From Oikopleura dioica (Eukaryota; Animalia; Chordata): a DNA stretch of 64,000 nucleotides. Below are positions 51,608 to 64,000 of this stretch, piece after piece; position 1 is the stretch's first letter, and every line of letters starts with the position of its first letter. The stretch lies in NCBI GenBank assembly GCA_907165135.1, contig OU015569.1, positions 6,076,001 to 6,140,000 on the forward strand, read 5' to 3'. The translations under genes were made by a program, and so were the position numbers. Under the pieces are notes generated by a model, which was given only the letters and a program-made list of their open reading frames with translations, was not told where the DNA came from and did not search any database.

Positions 51608-54600
51608 TTAGTGCAATCTACATAAGTCGTCGACAAGTCTAACGACGTCGTCAAGTGTAACAGGTGCGCCATCCATAGTAAGATCGGTGATGACTTCTTT
51701 TTGCTTTTCTGGGCGGAGGTCCTAGAAAATTTAATTTTAACTTGTCAATGAGAAGAAGGAAAATAAATAAAAATAAGGTTTTTTATGTAATTCACCCGCT
51801 GATACGCTGCTTCATGGAGTTAAAAAGCAAGCGACAACTGATAATTGTTTTATTTCCCTCCCCTTAAATCCAACTCGAAGCACAAAGCCAAGGCTGGGTA
51901 AGAAAAGAGGTAAATTTTTAACTGAGTTGCACCGAAACGAAACGCACCTGAAACATCTCGACAAGGTCGCCATCGACGAAGCCTTTGCAGTCTTCCATTC
52001 TCGAGTCGCTTTCAAAGCTCCGCCAAGACTCATGATCGATTTTGCCGACTCCTCGGATGACTTTGCGCATCTTCGTTTCCAACTTCGACAAAAACTGCCA
52101 CTGCTTTTCGGGAAAAATGACAACTAAACAATCCGTCTAAGTATTCTAGAGAATGAAAAGTTAACTTACGAAGACCAACGTAGCCAGAGACGCTCCCCAT
52201 GAGAAAGGTTCTCTTCGGAGTTATGGATGACTCAACGTGAACGTCCATAACTAGATTACCCTCCACAATTGTATTGACGTGCTCTCCAACGTGATAATAT
52301 CCAATCGGAAGAAGTTGCTGCCTGTCCTCTTCATCTGGCGCGTCCGCGTTCTATCGACCGCTTTTAGTTTTACGGAATTAGAGGTAAATCGTTACCCTGG
52401 CGCAGATGAAAATATTCTCTGAGTTTTCAGCACCAATATAAGTATCATCGTCCATAATTTTGATGCACGTCATCCAATTAGGATGGTAGTCTCGAGCAAT
52501 TTCCTCCAGTGCACCCTCAAGTGGCTTGTATGAGAAAACTGAAATAAAAAAATTAACAAAACTTTGCTTATTCCGGGCGCAGTTAAGTCCTAATCGTTCT
52601 TTATGTTCGTAAGAAAGAAAGCTTTTCGAACAGTTCTATGATTGTTGGATATGAGTTCGAAAATTATCTGAGAGAATAAAAAACAATTAATAAATTTAAC
52701 TCGCTATTTTAGACCGGATTTAGTGCCTGTCATAAATCCGCGAAAAGAGTTACCCGAAATCGACCTCATAAGGTCTGCGGATAGAATGAATCCATTCTTT
52801 GACACGTCTACAGCAACGCAGGTTATGTGATTAGCTACCGGCGCCTCAGATTGAAGCGTCGTTTGCTCATTCATTTCGAAGACCTGTAAATAAAAAATGG
52901 GTGATTCTAGTGATTGAATGTATGATTACCTTAAGCTGCTGGTTTATTGCGCAAATTATCTTGTTCCCATTCAACGGCTTTACAGAGTAAATCGCACCAG
53001 TGACTGCTTTGGAGGAAACCAGAGTTAGCTATTGAATACGTAAGATACGAGAATCATGAGGAACTGGTACCTTTTCCTCTTTCGAGTAGCTGAATACGCA
53101 AATCCTGCCACTTTTGCACTCTTGTTCGTCGGCTGTTATGGCTGTGCCGACAACGATGAACTTTTCAGCTTTTTTGCCAAGCTCCGCAACGCACATGCAA
53201 ACGCTGATCTCCCCAACATCGAAGAGGTGCGCCCACTTTGGCACAAAGGTGAGCTCGTCACAAATAACCAGCGAGTTGACGCTCGTATATCCATTATGCA
53301 CATTGTGAGAGTTTTCTCTTTCGGTGAGTCCACTTTTGTACGGACCTGAGAATTATAAAATACCAAACATGAGGGAGAGAGGGCTTACATTGGAGGGAAA
53401 GGGGAGTGAAGAGCTTCTTATTCCTCTCCTGATCGGGGCCGGTAACTTCTTTGAGCTCATCTTCGTTGAACTCGCCTAAGTAGGCGAAGACTTGGCGCTC
53501 CTCGTAATGGAGAACAGCGTGAGGCGTCTCGTTCAGTCGGACAGTCGATGTGTGCAACTTCTGAATGTCGTCGATTTTGCCGATTAGTAACGCGTTCTCG
53601 TTTACAATCGCAAGAGCATTCGAGTAGCCTTCTGAGTCGAGGACGCACATGTGATTCACTTGCTTCAAGTTTACATTTGAGAAAAACAGTTTCTCATTCG
53701 AAGAGTGAATGACTGCTGGACGATCGGAGCAAGCGAAGACAGTAGATCCGTTCGATGTGTGGAACTTGTTCAAGCTCGTCGGCTGTGTTCCCAGTTGAAT
53801 TCGCTTCTTTGTTGAGAATGTATTGTCGTCTTTGAGCTTGATGTAGAACAGCGCGCCATCACCAATCGACACCAATAAGTATGGGGTCTTGTTTTCTCCG
53901 AACGAATTCAAAAGAACTGATCTTGGAATGATGTCTCCACCAAGTTCCATTTTAGCGATTTCTTCCATAAGAGGCAGCTTGTTTATAGATACAGATACGT
54001 CCCACAAACCAATTGTGAAGATATCACTTGCTGTGTTATCCTTCAACGGGCTGACGTCAATGCAGGCAACTTCGCTGTTGAAAACCTTTCTACTCTTCTC
54101 AACGATTTCGCAATCGTTTATTTCCAAGTAAACTGCTGTGTTTCCAACGCCAAGAATGACCTGGTTTTTATTGACACTGCACAAGTTGATCTGTGAATTC
54201 TCATCTGGCTCCCAGGTGCCTTTGAGGCTTTCTTCCGAGACGAGACGCACCTGTTTTTCGGTAATCTGCAGAAATTGATTGTCGGTAACGTTTCCAGCAT
54301 ACATCGTTTGCTCTTCGTTCGTGAAACCGGGTAGATCTTCGATTTCTGCAACTTCTTGACCTTCGAGTCTCAAGAAAATTGTTTGACCGACGAAAGAGAG
54401 CAAAAGGGAGTCTTGCTTAGAAGAAGAAGACAAGTACTTTAGAGCCCAGAGACCTTTGACACCGTCCAAATCAATAGAGGCGTATTCGTGGATCCCGACT
54501 CCGTTGCGGATGATTCGTAGAGAGCCACCCATTCCCACTCCAGAAGCGGTGACGAGTTGACCTTGTCCCTGTTTCTCGAAGTCGACAATGCACATGTCTT

Positions 54601-55749
54601 TGATCGGTCCAAGATTGTCGTACTGGTGGAGGGAAATAAAGTGCCGTCCGGAGTTGTCATCACTCATCTGCAATCGAATGAGCTCTGAGTCGCCAAATGT
54701 GGATCCAACGAAAACAACGCCGTTGTCTATGTACGAGAGAGTATTTGGAAGCGTGGCGCGTCCAAGCGGCTTCGTAGCAAGGCGCATTCGTTCTTCTGGA
54801 ATTCGAGTTTCATTGTAGTCAAGAAGAAGAAGGGAAAGTTCACCGCAGCTGTCGCCGCAGAGATACCGGTGCTTGTCGATTGGGGTAACGCACTCGATGG
54901 TACGCTGGACAATGTTTTCGATGCTACAAGTAGAGCGATTCTTGCTGTCGTGATAGGTTATGTTCACGTGGCCAACAAGAAGAATACCAGCGAGCGGTTC
55001 GGGAACAGGAACGAGTAGAATAGTGTCCTGTTCCACTTGTGTGTGTCGGAAAGGACCTTTGTGGATTGACGCGCCCGAGCCGCTGTTGTCCAAGGTGATC
55101 GCTATTGTTGACAAGTGTCGGCTCTAAAGGACTCTTTAGAATGTGCTCTTTCGGGAACGACGCAAAAACGAAGCTGTAACTAACTTACACTATTGTCGTC
55201 GTACAGCAGTGCTAGCGTAGGTTTGTTGGCAGTGTGAAGAAAGCACATGTCGACGACTTGAATCTCTTCGATTCGTTGCTCAGCCGTAGTTAGATGCTTG
55301 GACGATGAGTTGAGGTTGATCACTTTTAAAACACCGTCGTATAATCGAAGAGCGATGCAGCGAGCTTCGGGGTCGATACAAGCGTGCATTCCGCTCTGGC
55401 TGACCGAGTAATTCTTGTCGCGCATATCACCATAGGCTCTAGTGATGATCTTGCCGTCGACGTATTCGAGAATGCAGGCGTAGCAGCTCTCTGTCAAAAT
55501 AAAGATGCAGTCTTTCTTTTCGTTCTTGTAGCGGAAGACTTCGATGACTGCGATTTTGCCGTAGACGTTGAACTCGGTTATTGGCTTGAGACCGACATCG
55601 GTGGAAAGGTTGACTTCGACGCGCGACGACTTTGTAACAATAAGATTGAGATCGTCAGGGCTTGTGAATTGGCCGACAACAGAGTGGGTGACAGCACTTT
55701 GCTTGTGCGCCGTGACAACATAAGCACACCCGCCCAGGTCCGACTTCAT
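51608..55749 (-). CDS. DDB1: DNA damage-binding protein 1
   Basis: YVVTAHKQSAV, DPEARCIALRLYDG, NLGPIKDMCIVDFEKQGQGQLVTASG, GSLRIIRNGVGIHE, VFACSDRPAVIHSSN. Confidence 0.96.
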
Positions 55750-56635
55750 CACTCTGAAAATAGAAATGTTAACGGGAGAAAAATCCTCAACTGATATTTT
55801 AACAGGAGAATAAGAGAACGCAAAGGCGCGACTATCGGATTCGCAATACGTTAAGGCCGGAGAGACTGAGGTTTAACTACTGAACCTATTAACTTCGGTA
55901 GATTAGAGGAATAGAGAATACGGAACAATTATGTCTAGATTGGTTTGTAGAAATGATGTAACTAAAAAGATTGTCAGGATTGGATTAGAGGACTAGATAA
56001 TGAATATGGCAATGAAGAGAACTAGGAAAAACGTCAAGGAAAGACACCAAAAAACCCTGAGAAAGGTACTTAGGCTCGATGCTGTAGCTGACTCAGTCAT
56101 AATTCAAGAATTTTGAAAATTAAAAAGTTTGCTAGATGAATAACTTTCATACTAGTGGTAGTTTGAGTTATGGATTAGGCAATGTGAGTTATGGGAAGGC
56201 AATAGTAAGTTTGGCATTGATTTGTCTGGGGGCAATGATATAAGATCGGGTTCTCTTACGATAAGGAAGATTACTTGGGGCAGGTTTAAGTTCTTGGCGT
56301 GTTTTGAATTTAAAAGGGACTATACTGAGTTTCCGAGAAACGAGGATGAGAATTTGGCAATGAACCTAGAAAGTGCCGGAGCTCACTAGCGAAGCTACTC
56401 TGGCGGAGTTGCCCTGTGAATTCTCTACGACAAATAGATTGGAAGAAAATTATCAATGTGGAAGTTAGTTTTAGGGTTTGACGGACGACAAATAGAAGTG
56501 AATAAGTGACAACATGAAAACAGTATCCTAAAAAGTAACTCAAGATTATAGCACTATTGGAGAGTAAATCTCCCCGGGCCTTGCTGTATTGCTTTCCAAA
56601 GCGGTTGCGATTACGTGCGGAACGAAGGTGCTCGA

Positions 56636-57410
56636 TTAAACGAGGAGCTTCTCAATGTCAGATTTAATGGTGTCAATCTGCGACTGGAGCTGAGAACCAT
56701 CTTTCTGAGTGACAGAGGCGGCGATGACTGGTCGAGTGACGCCGCAAGCTCGGCCGAGCGCTTGCTTCGAGCGGACTAGAATTGAAATTTAATTAAAACA
56801 TTGATTGCTTTGAGAGGACATACCAAAGACGTAGGATACGTTCTTGTCTTCGCAGAGGAGAGGAAGATGGAGCAAGATCTAAAATAAATAATAAGGAGTT
56901 TGAAAAATGTGGGATTTTAAAATAAAATTTGAAAATTTAAATGTTCGCAACTCGGAAGGATCTGAAGAAAGAACAAAGACATTAGGAAAGAGGTCGCAGA
57001 CTGAGCCGAGAGAAGAGTCCGAAGATTCATCCCTAGCAGCGTCTTCAATCTTCATTCCGAGTCAAGCGTTTGAAATTACTATCCGCCAGTATTTTGTCTA
57101 ACGAAATCATCACGCAACCATTCTCAACATCAAGTCAAAAAAAATGTCGAGAAATTTGAGAATGGAAGTTGAAATCGTCGCTTTTCCTGGCGAAAATCGC
57201 AGAGTAAAATTGAAGAATTGTTACCTCGAGTGGCTCTGCGTCGGCGGCCATGACGACAAACTCGGCAATGCCTCTGTTGAGGGTTTTGGTAGCTTCGTTG
57301 GCACCTTTTCGGAGCTGCTTGTAATTAGTCGCCTGCTGCATCAAGTCCAAGATCGACTTGGTCAAGTGCGCATTCGCCAATGGGTAAGCTTTAGGGTTAA
57401 CCTCATCCAT
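56636..57410 (-). CDS. SNU13: SNU13/NHP2L1 (15.5K K-turn binding protein)
   Basis: [40 protein letters not shown]|[27 protein letters not shown]. Confidence 0.96.
56939..57192 (-). ncRNA. Candidate long H/ACA-like structured RNA in the SNU13 intron
   Basis: Hairpin closed by CGCCAG/CTGGCG, H box ATAGTA (57082-57077), second hairpin CTCGGAA/TTCCGAG (57061-56951), ACA at 56944-56942. No target assigned. Confidence 0.45.
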
Positions 57411-58063
57411 TTCTTGAAGGTGTTAAACTTAATATCTCTTAATCCGAATTATTCGTAAAGCTGACTCACCTTGGCAGTACTCTCCGCTCACACAAGATCA
57501 CAGCTTCACCGAGTTGTCCGTTCTGAAATAAGCACGCTTAGAAAAATCTCTTTGTGGATCAGAATCTCTGAGACAGAAAAAAATATTTTCATTAAGAAAA
57601 AGGAAATTTCTCGAAAAGGAGAAGAATTGGGAAAGAGAGACGTTTGGAGAAATGAATTACGCGCTCTAGGCCAATCGAAAACTTGGAAAGGACCACGCAG
57701 TGCTCAAGCAACCAATCAGCGTCGAGTATCAACGCTGCTCGCAGGATTTCTCGATTCGGAATTTCTTGCGCCCATCTTACAGACCTCTTACGAAGTATCA
57801 TTTATGCATTCTAAGATTCTTATTTCGCGTCAAACCTATTTTGACGTTTTTACCTTTATTTTTAGCCATTATTTTTAGTGGAAAAGAGACCTCCCGAATA
57901 AAATATTTTTTTTTTCACTGTTAAAAATGTGAGTTCAAAATCACTCCTATGATTAGTTGCAACAGTTCCGTGACTGTGTTTGAATTTATTCCAAAGAAAT
58001 TTTCGAGGAACGCGACTCCTCTTTTAGCCGCGAGTTTTATGTACTCGAGTTATCAGCAAGGTT

Positions 58064-60150
58064 CTAATCGAAGAGGCGGATTTCGGTCAGATATCGTCGA
58101 TTCTGAAATATAAATTTGTCTTTTTTGACCGTGGCCCTCAAGCGTTGGTGGTGTAATGGTCAGCATTGATGCCTTCCAAGCATTAGATCCGGGTTCGATT
58201 CCCGGCCATCGCATACTTTTTCGCCTCTCACCTGAGTGAATATAGCCATTTCTTCGTCAGACAACTTTTGAAAGTTCCAGTAGCTGAGTTCTTTTATCTT
58301 AAAATTTTTGTTCATTTCGTCTAGGTGAATTCCGTTGTAACACAGTCTCGGGTATTTCGAGTTTCTTTGTTGTCTCCAGTTTGGGAACTGTGACATCCAC
58401 TTCCAAAGCTGTTCGTACTGAACGAGGGATTCTGTGCTTCTCCAGTCAGTAGTCAGAACACAGATTTTCGCGCTTCCAGCAGCCTTTGGGTTCCAGTCCT
58501 CAACGCTCTGCTCAACCAGGCATCTCTCTTCGACTTGTTTAGATGCATTTTGTATGAGCTGTTTCGCCCTTTCGACGCTTTTAGCTGCAAAGGAATCATT
58601 TAATTCTGTAGAGTCAGCTCTTGGCAAATTAAAACAAATCCCTTGACTCCAAAATATTCCTTGTGAGAGTGCAGTTTGTCTTTGAAATGGTTGTAAAGTT
58701 TGAAATCTGCCCAAATTAGCTCCTGTAAGGCTGACTTAGCCTTCGCGGAGAGAATCGGTTTCTTCGTCGGATTCGAATTAAGTTTGAAATGAACTTATGA
58801 AAGGGTGAGACAAAGTGCCGCAGAAGACAGTTAATACTCATATCACCAGATGTCCAGCAAAACTTGAGCATGAAAATGGCCAACGAAGCGAGCATCTCCT
58901 CCATGATTAACACTAGATCGAACTCTTCGGATATTTTCTCGATCCATTGATCCGCAAGATACTCTATCGTATTTCTTTATTTTAATTCTCAAAAACTCAA
59001 ACCTGTTTTTTCCTTAGACCGTAATAAAACAGACGGATATCCGAAGAAATAAAACTGATGATTCATTAGAAACATGGAAGGAAGGGACTCGTATCCAAAC
59101 AAGTCCAAAAACTCATGCGGGCTCGCTAAAAACTCTTCAATCTCCGCTTTAAAATCCGGTTTTGTTTCACTTAGCGGAGATAAGAAATCAAAAAAATCTT
59201 GTAATGTCAATTTCTTTCTAATCCGTCTTGAATGATATCAGTAATCGCCGCAATGGCAGTATCATATTTGAGTAGTACATCCATGAGCTGATGAAATTGT
59301 CCTCGGGATTACGTAGAATAGAAACGGCGGAGAAACCTGGCTTCATGACTTTGCGCACTTCATCTCTGTCATAACGCAGGTGGACGAACGAGGCGTCGAA
59401 TTTTTGCGAAACTGGGAGATCTCTTCCTAAGTAGCAGTCATTCGCATTGAAGGGGCGAGTTCTGTTTGCGAACAACAAATTTCCACTAGAATCTTCACCG
59501 AAGAGCGCTTTTAGCTGATTGTTGTAGCTGAATCGCGCGATGATTTGGGCGACAGTTGTCGAACCAGTTTTTGATGTTTTCAAAAAGAAAATCTGCTTTT
59601 TTGGTATGCAGTCTTCTGGTGGGACAAGATCTCTTTCGTCGAAATCTTAATATAATTCTTTTGCACTTTTGCGATCACCAAAGCTTACCGTTTTCGTGAT
59701 CTAACGTGCATGTTGGAGCTACTGCCTTCGACAACTCAAGACTCTTTTCGCATGCTGACAAGGCTTTTCCTTAATCTCGTCTCAAAACCTGCTATATTTT
59801 ACTAAATTGTCGAACCTAAGTCTCGTTTTCGAATGCAAACGTGGTGACGAACATCTGGCAACATCTTCTTTATCTTCTTCGCCATTCCTATTTGACACCA
59901 AGGAAACGAAGCATAATCGCTATTGCAGCACCAACCGCCTTTTATTGTTCATTGATGAATTCTTTAAGTTTCGAAACGGAACTATTTTACAAAAATTATC
60001 GAAAGATGAATGAACTTTTTCATTGCCGCAAAATCCGTAGCATCGACCAGTTGTATAATTACACTTTGGCCGACAATTTTCATCTCCAATGACCTCGTAC
60101 ATATCCAAAGCCAAGTTCCCGATCGCAAATAAAGTCAAAATTCTCTTCAT
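58064..60150 (-). CDS. Galactose-3-O-sulfotransferase-like protein with an N-terminal Cys-rich module
   Basis: 5'-PSB motif FFLKTSKTGSTT, SILRNPEDNFISSW, FDLVLIMEE, DFKLYNHF; upstream exons give a hydrophobic leader and a Cys-rich segment. Confidence 0.75.
58142..58213 (+). tRNA. tRNA-Gly (TCC)
   Basis: 72-nt cloverleaf, anticodon loop CTTCCAA, T-loop GTTCGATT, downstream T-run terminator; one U-U mismatch in the acceptor stem. Confidence 0.93.
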
Positions 60151-60508
60151 CTTAGAATATTTTATAGATCAATGTTGATTGTTTTATTTGTTCCCGATCA
60201 GCGGCCAAATAAGAAGAACCTTGTAAGTTCAAGCCTCAATGTAGGACCTCATTGTAAGACCTACATTGTAGGTTTCTTTAGTGATCAAATGAAGCGTAAG
60301 TGCAGCCATTCTCAAATGGTATGTAAAATGTCCCGAGCTGCTTGACTTCACAGTGCTTATGCCGCCAACTGTCTCGCTTGATCCCGGTCATTGTCGATCT
60401 ACATAGATGGGCGCGCATGTTTGGCGCAAGAAAATCCTAGGATCAACGTCGTCATGAGCCGGTTAATTGCTGGTTCCGAGCAATCTCAATCTTCAGTCAC
60501 TCGCGAAA

Positions 60509-63500
60509 ATGAGACTCCTGAGAGGAGTGTTTTCTTATTTTTTTCTTAGTGGGTCCGTTAACGGCGAAGTTCCACCGGAACTCGCTGCCCTAGAATCAGT
60601 TGATTATGAGAATTTCCCACTGAGAACCATCATCAGTGGCGGTTTCTGGACAGAATGGTCCGAACTTCACTTGACGGGCGACGCTGCTACCCGCAAACGC
60701 GATCACGAACAAGAATGCAAAGATAAGTTTAACGATTTTTCAAATGAAGTTCGAAAATTTCGAATCTGCACGTATCCTGACTCGAATAATTGGAAAGGCA
60801 GCATTGCTGGCGGCATAAGTTGGTATGAAGGACCAGGAAAAGTTTGAAATCGCTAAGAGTCTAAGACCTTTCTAGACAAAGACCGTTTCAAAACTTGAAA
60901 AGACGCTCTTGAGTTCCGTGATGTATTGGACAAGCCAGCTGGCTACTTCTCCGTTGGTACCGAGCCAAATGCACGTGACGACTGGCGAAATATTCAACCT
61001 AAAGAGCTAACAGTGTTCAACCAAGCAATAGTTTCAAATTACGCCTCGACGAGCCCATTGTGTGATCCTTCTATCCATGCGATTGCCGAACTTTGTCTGG
61101 ATTTGTTTTGGAAAGGGGACAAACAATGCTTTGAAGCACCACTTAGTCTTTTTGATGTCCAGGAAAGGATCTTTATCATTTTTCAGAAATCCTTTGATTT
61201 GAGCTAAATTCTGATCCAAGAAAGACCGTAAATAATAACATATGTCAATTTAAAAGTCTTGCTGATGCCTGTGGCGAAGACATCAATAACTTTGATCCAG
61301 CTGTTCCAAACGCTGAATTAAAACGACTGTCTATTGAAGCCACTAAACAAGCTATACTGGATAATTATAGCGCAGAAGATGTTGGTGCTTCGAAATTTAG
61401 CTTTTTGGATCAGACTGATGCAGGCCAGCCGACGAAATACACGATGGAGCTTACCCGAACTGACACTTTTACTAAGCCTAATCCATGTCCCGTCATTTAC
61501 GAGTGGTCAACCTGGGACTGCTCATGTCCGTATTCAACGAATGATCTGGCTCTTCCTAAGTGCCTCTGCGATGCCCAAGGAAACAGTATTCGTCGCCGAT
61601 TTCAAGTGTGCATTCCCGGTTCTGTCCTTGTCGACATTGACGATCTGACTGGAGATGATGTGCGAGAACCCGTTTCATGCAATATTTATAAGAACAAAGC
61701 ACAAGTTTGTGATGGTGACGGACGAGGCTTTGATCTTGGTTACAATACGGCAAACCCATTGAATGCTGATTTTTCTCTCTTTAGCCAGGCAGATTTTGAC
61801 GACTTTCAACAAAATTGTGGTGGAGGAAGTACCGAGAAGGATGCACTAAACAATGATATTTGCGTCATCATCAAGCGATACTATCCATTCAACCAAAATG
61901 TGCAGCTACCAATACTGTTTGACGATTGTCTCGATGTCCCTATGTCTTCGTCAACGGGTGACATTCAATTTGTCTTCGGCGTTAATGAACAAAGACAGCA
62001 AAACCAGCAGTGTCCGAGTGTTCCTCAGTGGACTGAATGGACTGAAGTTGGTTGCACAGGAAATTGTGCCGCTGAAGGACGCAAGAGATTTACGCGGCAA
62101 TGCAAGGACGCGAATGGAATTGTTGTCGATGCTGCGCTTTATAAAGCCGAAGACTGTGGCTGCAAGCCGGAGACAAACTTCGTCATCCCTGCCGATGCGA
62201 CTGCATATCCTGATGGATATTACGAAGAGAAGTGCGCAGAATGCTGTCCAAGATGGCACAGTTGCACTCCAACTCCACAACAAGGCACTTTAGGGCAACC
62301 GGATTTTGTTGCTGCAGTAACATGCCAGTTTGACAATGACTTCGTCCAAGGGGCTAATTTTTATTTACCCGCAACTATTGCTAGAGTTTGCAGAGAGACC
62401 AATCCAGATCAATGTGGTAATACTATCATCAGTGAAGATCTACGTTGTATGTGCAAACCACCAGAGAGCAATAACTGGTTAACAGCAGTCTGGAATGATG
62501 GGAATACATACGACCTTTGCCCCGTTAATCTTGGAGCTGAAAGACTTCAGGCACTAGTTTAACATATTTAAGCCGTTTCCTTACTATAACCTTTTTACAC
62601 GCATGAAAGTTAAAACTCAACATAAGCTAACATCTCGATATTTTGGCGTGGTAAACAGAGATTGCGGGTTCGAGTGCTGTGCGGAATGGTCTCAGTGGAC
62701 AGAGTGGTCTGTCTGCGCTCAGAACGATGCTTGTCATGATTGCAACACGGCCTTTGTCTCTACGAATACTCGCACGCGTGAGAGCTCGTGTGGATGCGCT
62801 GCTGATAATATGGATGAACGACTACGACGTTGCAATGTGAATACCGAAGATGAGCTAAGAAAAGTTCAAACCCTTCCATGTACCGACTACACTTGTTGCC
62901 CGGAATACTGTCTTGGAACATTTTCCGTCTGCTCCGAGGATTGTAGAAATGCTACGGTTGATGCAGCTGGAATTTGTTCGGCCGATCCCGTCGAAAAAGA
63001 AGCAAAATTCGACCAGTGTTGTCGAAAACAGTTCGTCGGTGGTAACCCTTCCTCGATAAGTCAAGAAATTTGTGACAACGCAGGTCTGGTGGTTGACGAA
63101 ACAAGAACTCAGACTGCGACCTGTGACGATTTCGAATTCTGTTGTAAATTTGATGACTGGTCCGAATGGTCAGAATGTGCACTTGATAATGGTCTTAGCT
63201 GCCCGAGATTCAAAGAAAAGGGGAGAAAACATCGAACAAGAAACCCAATTTGTGGTGACAAAGATGTATGTGGGACAGATGAACATTGCCTCGAAGAAGA
63301 ATCATGCGATATAGATTGCAGTATGTCAATACAAACAATATAAATACATTATTATTTTCAAGATTATCATTCTTGACCAATGGTTAGACAATCATTCCAC
63401 AAAAATTCAGATCCGTGGAGCGGATGGTCATGTTGGTCAGAATGCTCAAAAAGTTGTGGCGGAGAAGGCCTTAGAAGTCGCGTCCGCAAGTGCACTGATG

Positions 63501-64000
63501 ATATGATTGGCTCAAAAAGCTGTCCATGTAACTTGGGCAACGTTGGTCATGACACTGTTTGTGCTGCTAATCAAGGTATCTGCGAGATACTATCTACTAA
63601 CTTAGTAGTACTAAGAAAATTACCAAAATGAGTTATTCTTTATTGATCTTAGGAGTTTGCGATGTTTCTGGAAGTGCCACATGGCTTCAAGCTGTCGGCC
63701 GTAACGAGCACCAAATCGATGATGGAGGCTTTATCGAAGTCGAGAGCTGTGGGTCCGAAAGCACTTGTCCATACTGGCGCACAAAGGATCTTCTAGACAG
63801 AGGAAGCGGCCACGACTGGAGTGAGTGGGGATCTATTGGAAGACTCGGAGTTTGGGTGAATGGACGATGTAGTTCGACATGTGGCGAAGGAGTCCAAACA
63901 AGACAAAGAGAGTGTGTTAGCGTGTCAGCTGATGGATCAGTGATCAATCATCCTCACGAAATGTGCGCAGGGGAACCACCAATGGCGTCTGCAGAAGACG
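60509..64000 (+). CDS. Large secreted Cys-rich protein with thrombospondin type-1 repeats (runs off the window)
   Basis: Signal peptide MRLLRGVFSYFFLSGSVNG; repeated WxxW motifs (WTEWS, WSQWTEWS, WSGWSCWSECSKSCGGEGLRSRVRKC, CSSTCGEGVQTRQREC). Confidence 0.85.

Noticed and set aside
57039-57115. Canonical box C/D snoRNA in the SNU13 intron
   Set aside because: A C box is present but there is no CTGA D box, terminal-stem geometry is poor and no rRNA guide match was found; kept only as part of the structured-intron finding.

Overview
Very gene-dense eukaryotic DNA, not prokaryotic: no CRISPR array and no rRNA seen. Most introns are about 35-90 nt and several have non-canonical GA/GG/GC donors. 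Genes run in long same-strand series with gaps of about 40-250 nt and splice-acceptor-like AGs just before start codons. This pattern points to the appendicularian tunicate Oikopleura dioica (inference from genome architecture). About 36 protein-coding genes are supported. A minus-strand run at 0.4-32.9 kb holds FUBP, NAF1, endophilin A, PACSIN, CUEDC1-like, TLCD, UBE2V, MAEA, SEC11, FRA10AC1, an HMGXB4-C-like protein, TMA16, an ALK1/2-type receptor, CCDC47, MICAL-like, TRAPPC2, AP2M1, PRPF18, an acidic protein and citrate synthase. A mixed-strand block at 33-43 kb holds a foldback element, a rhomboid, HMGB and a chromo/zinc-finger gene interrupted by a MITE. A second minus-strand run holds eIF5A, DYNLRB, RPL28, SLC25A39/40, DDB1, SNU13 and a GAL3ST-like gene, followed by a large TSP1-repeat secreted protein on the plus strand. 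The best findings outside the ORF track are two paralogous H/ACA snoRNAs in consecutive eIF5A introns with assignable 18S targets, a long H/ACA-like RNA or possible autoregulatory element in the SNU13 intron, a MITE inserted at a zinc-finger Cys codon, a NAF1-RRM fusion, and a type I TGF-beta receptor with a long C-terminal tail. Gene models were assembled by eye, so coordinates span first to last codon including introns, and family assignments are from recalled sequence similarity, not database searches.
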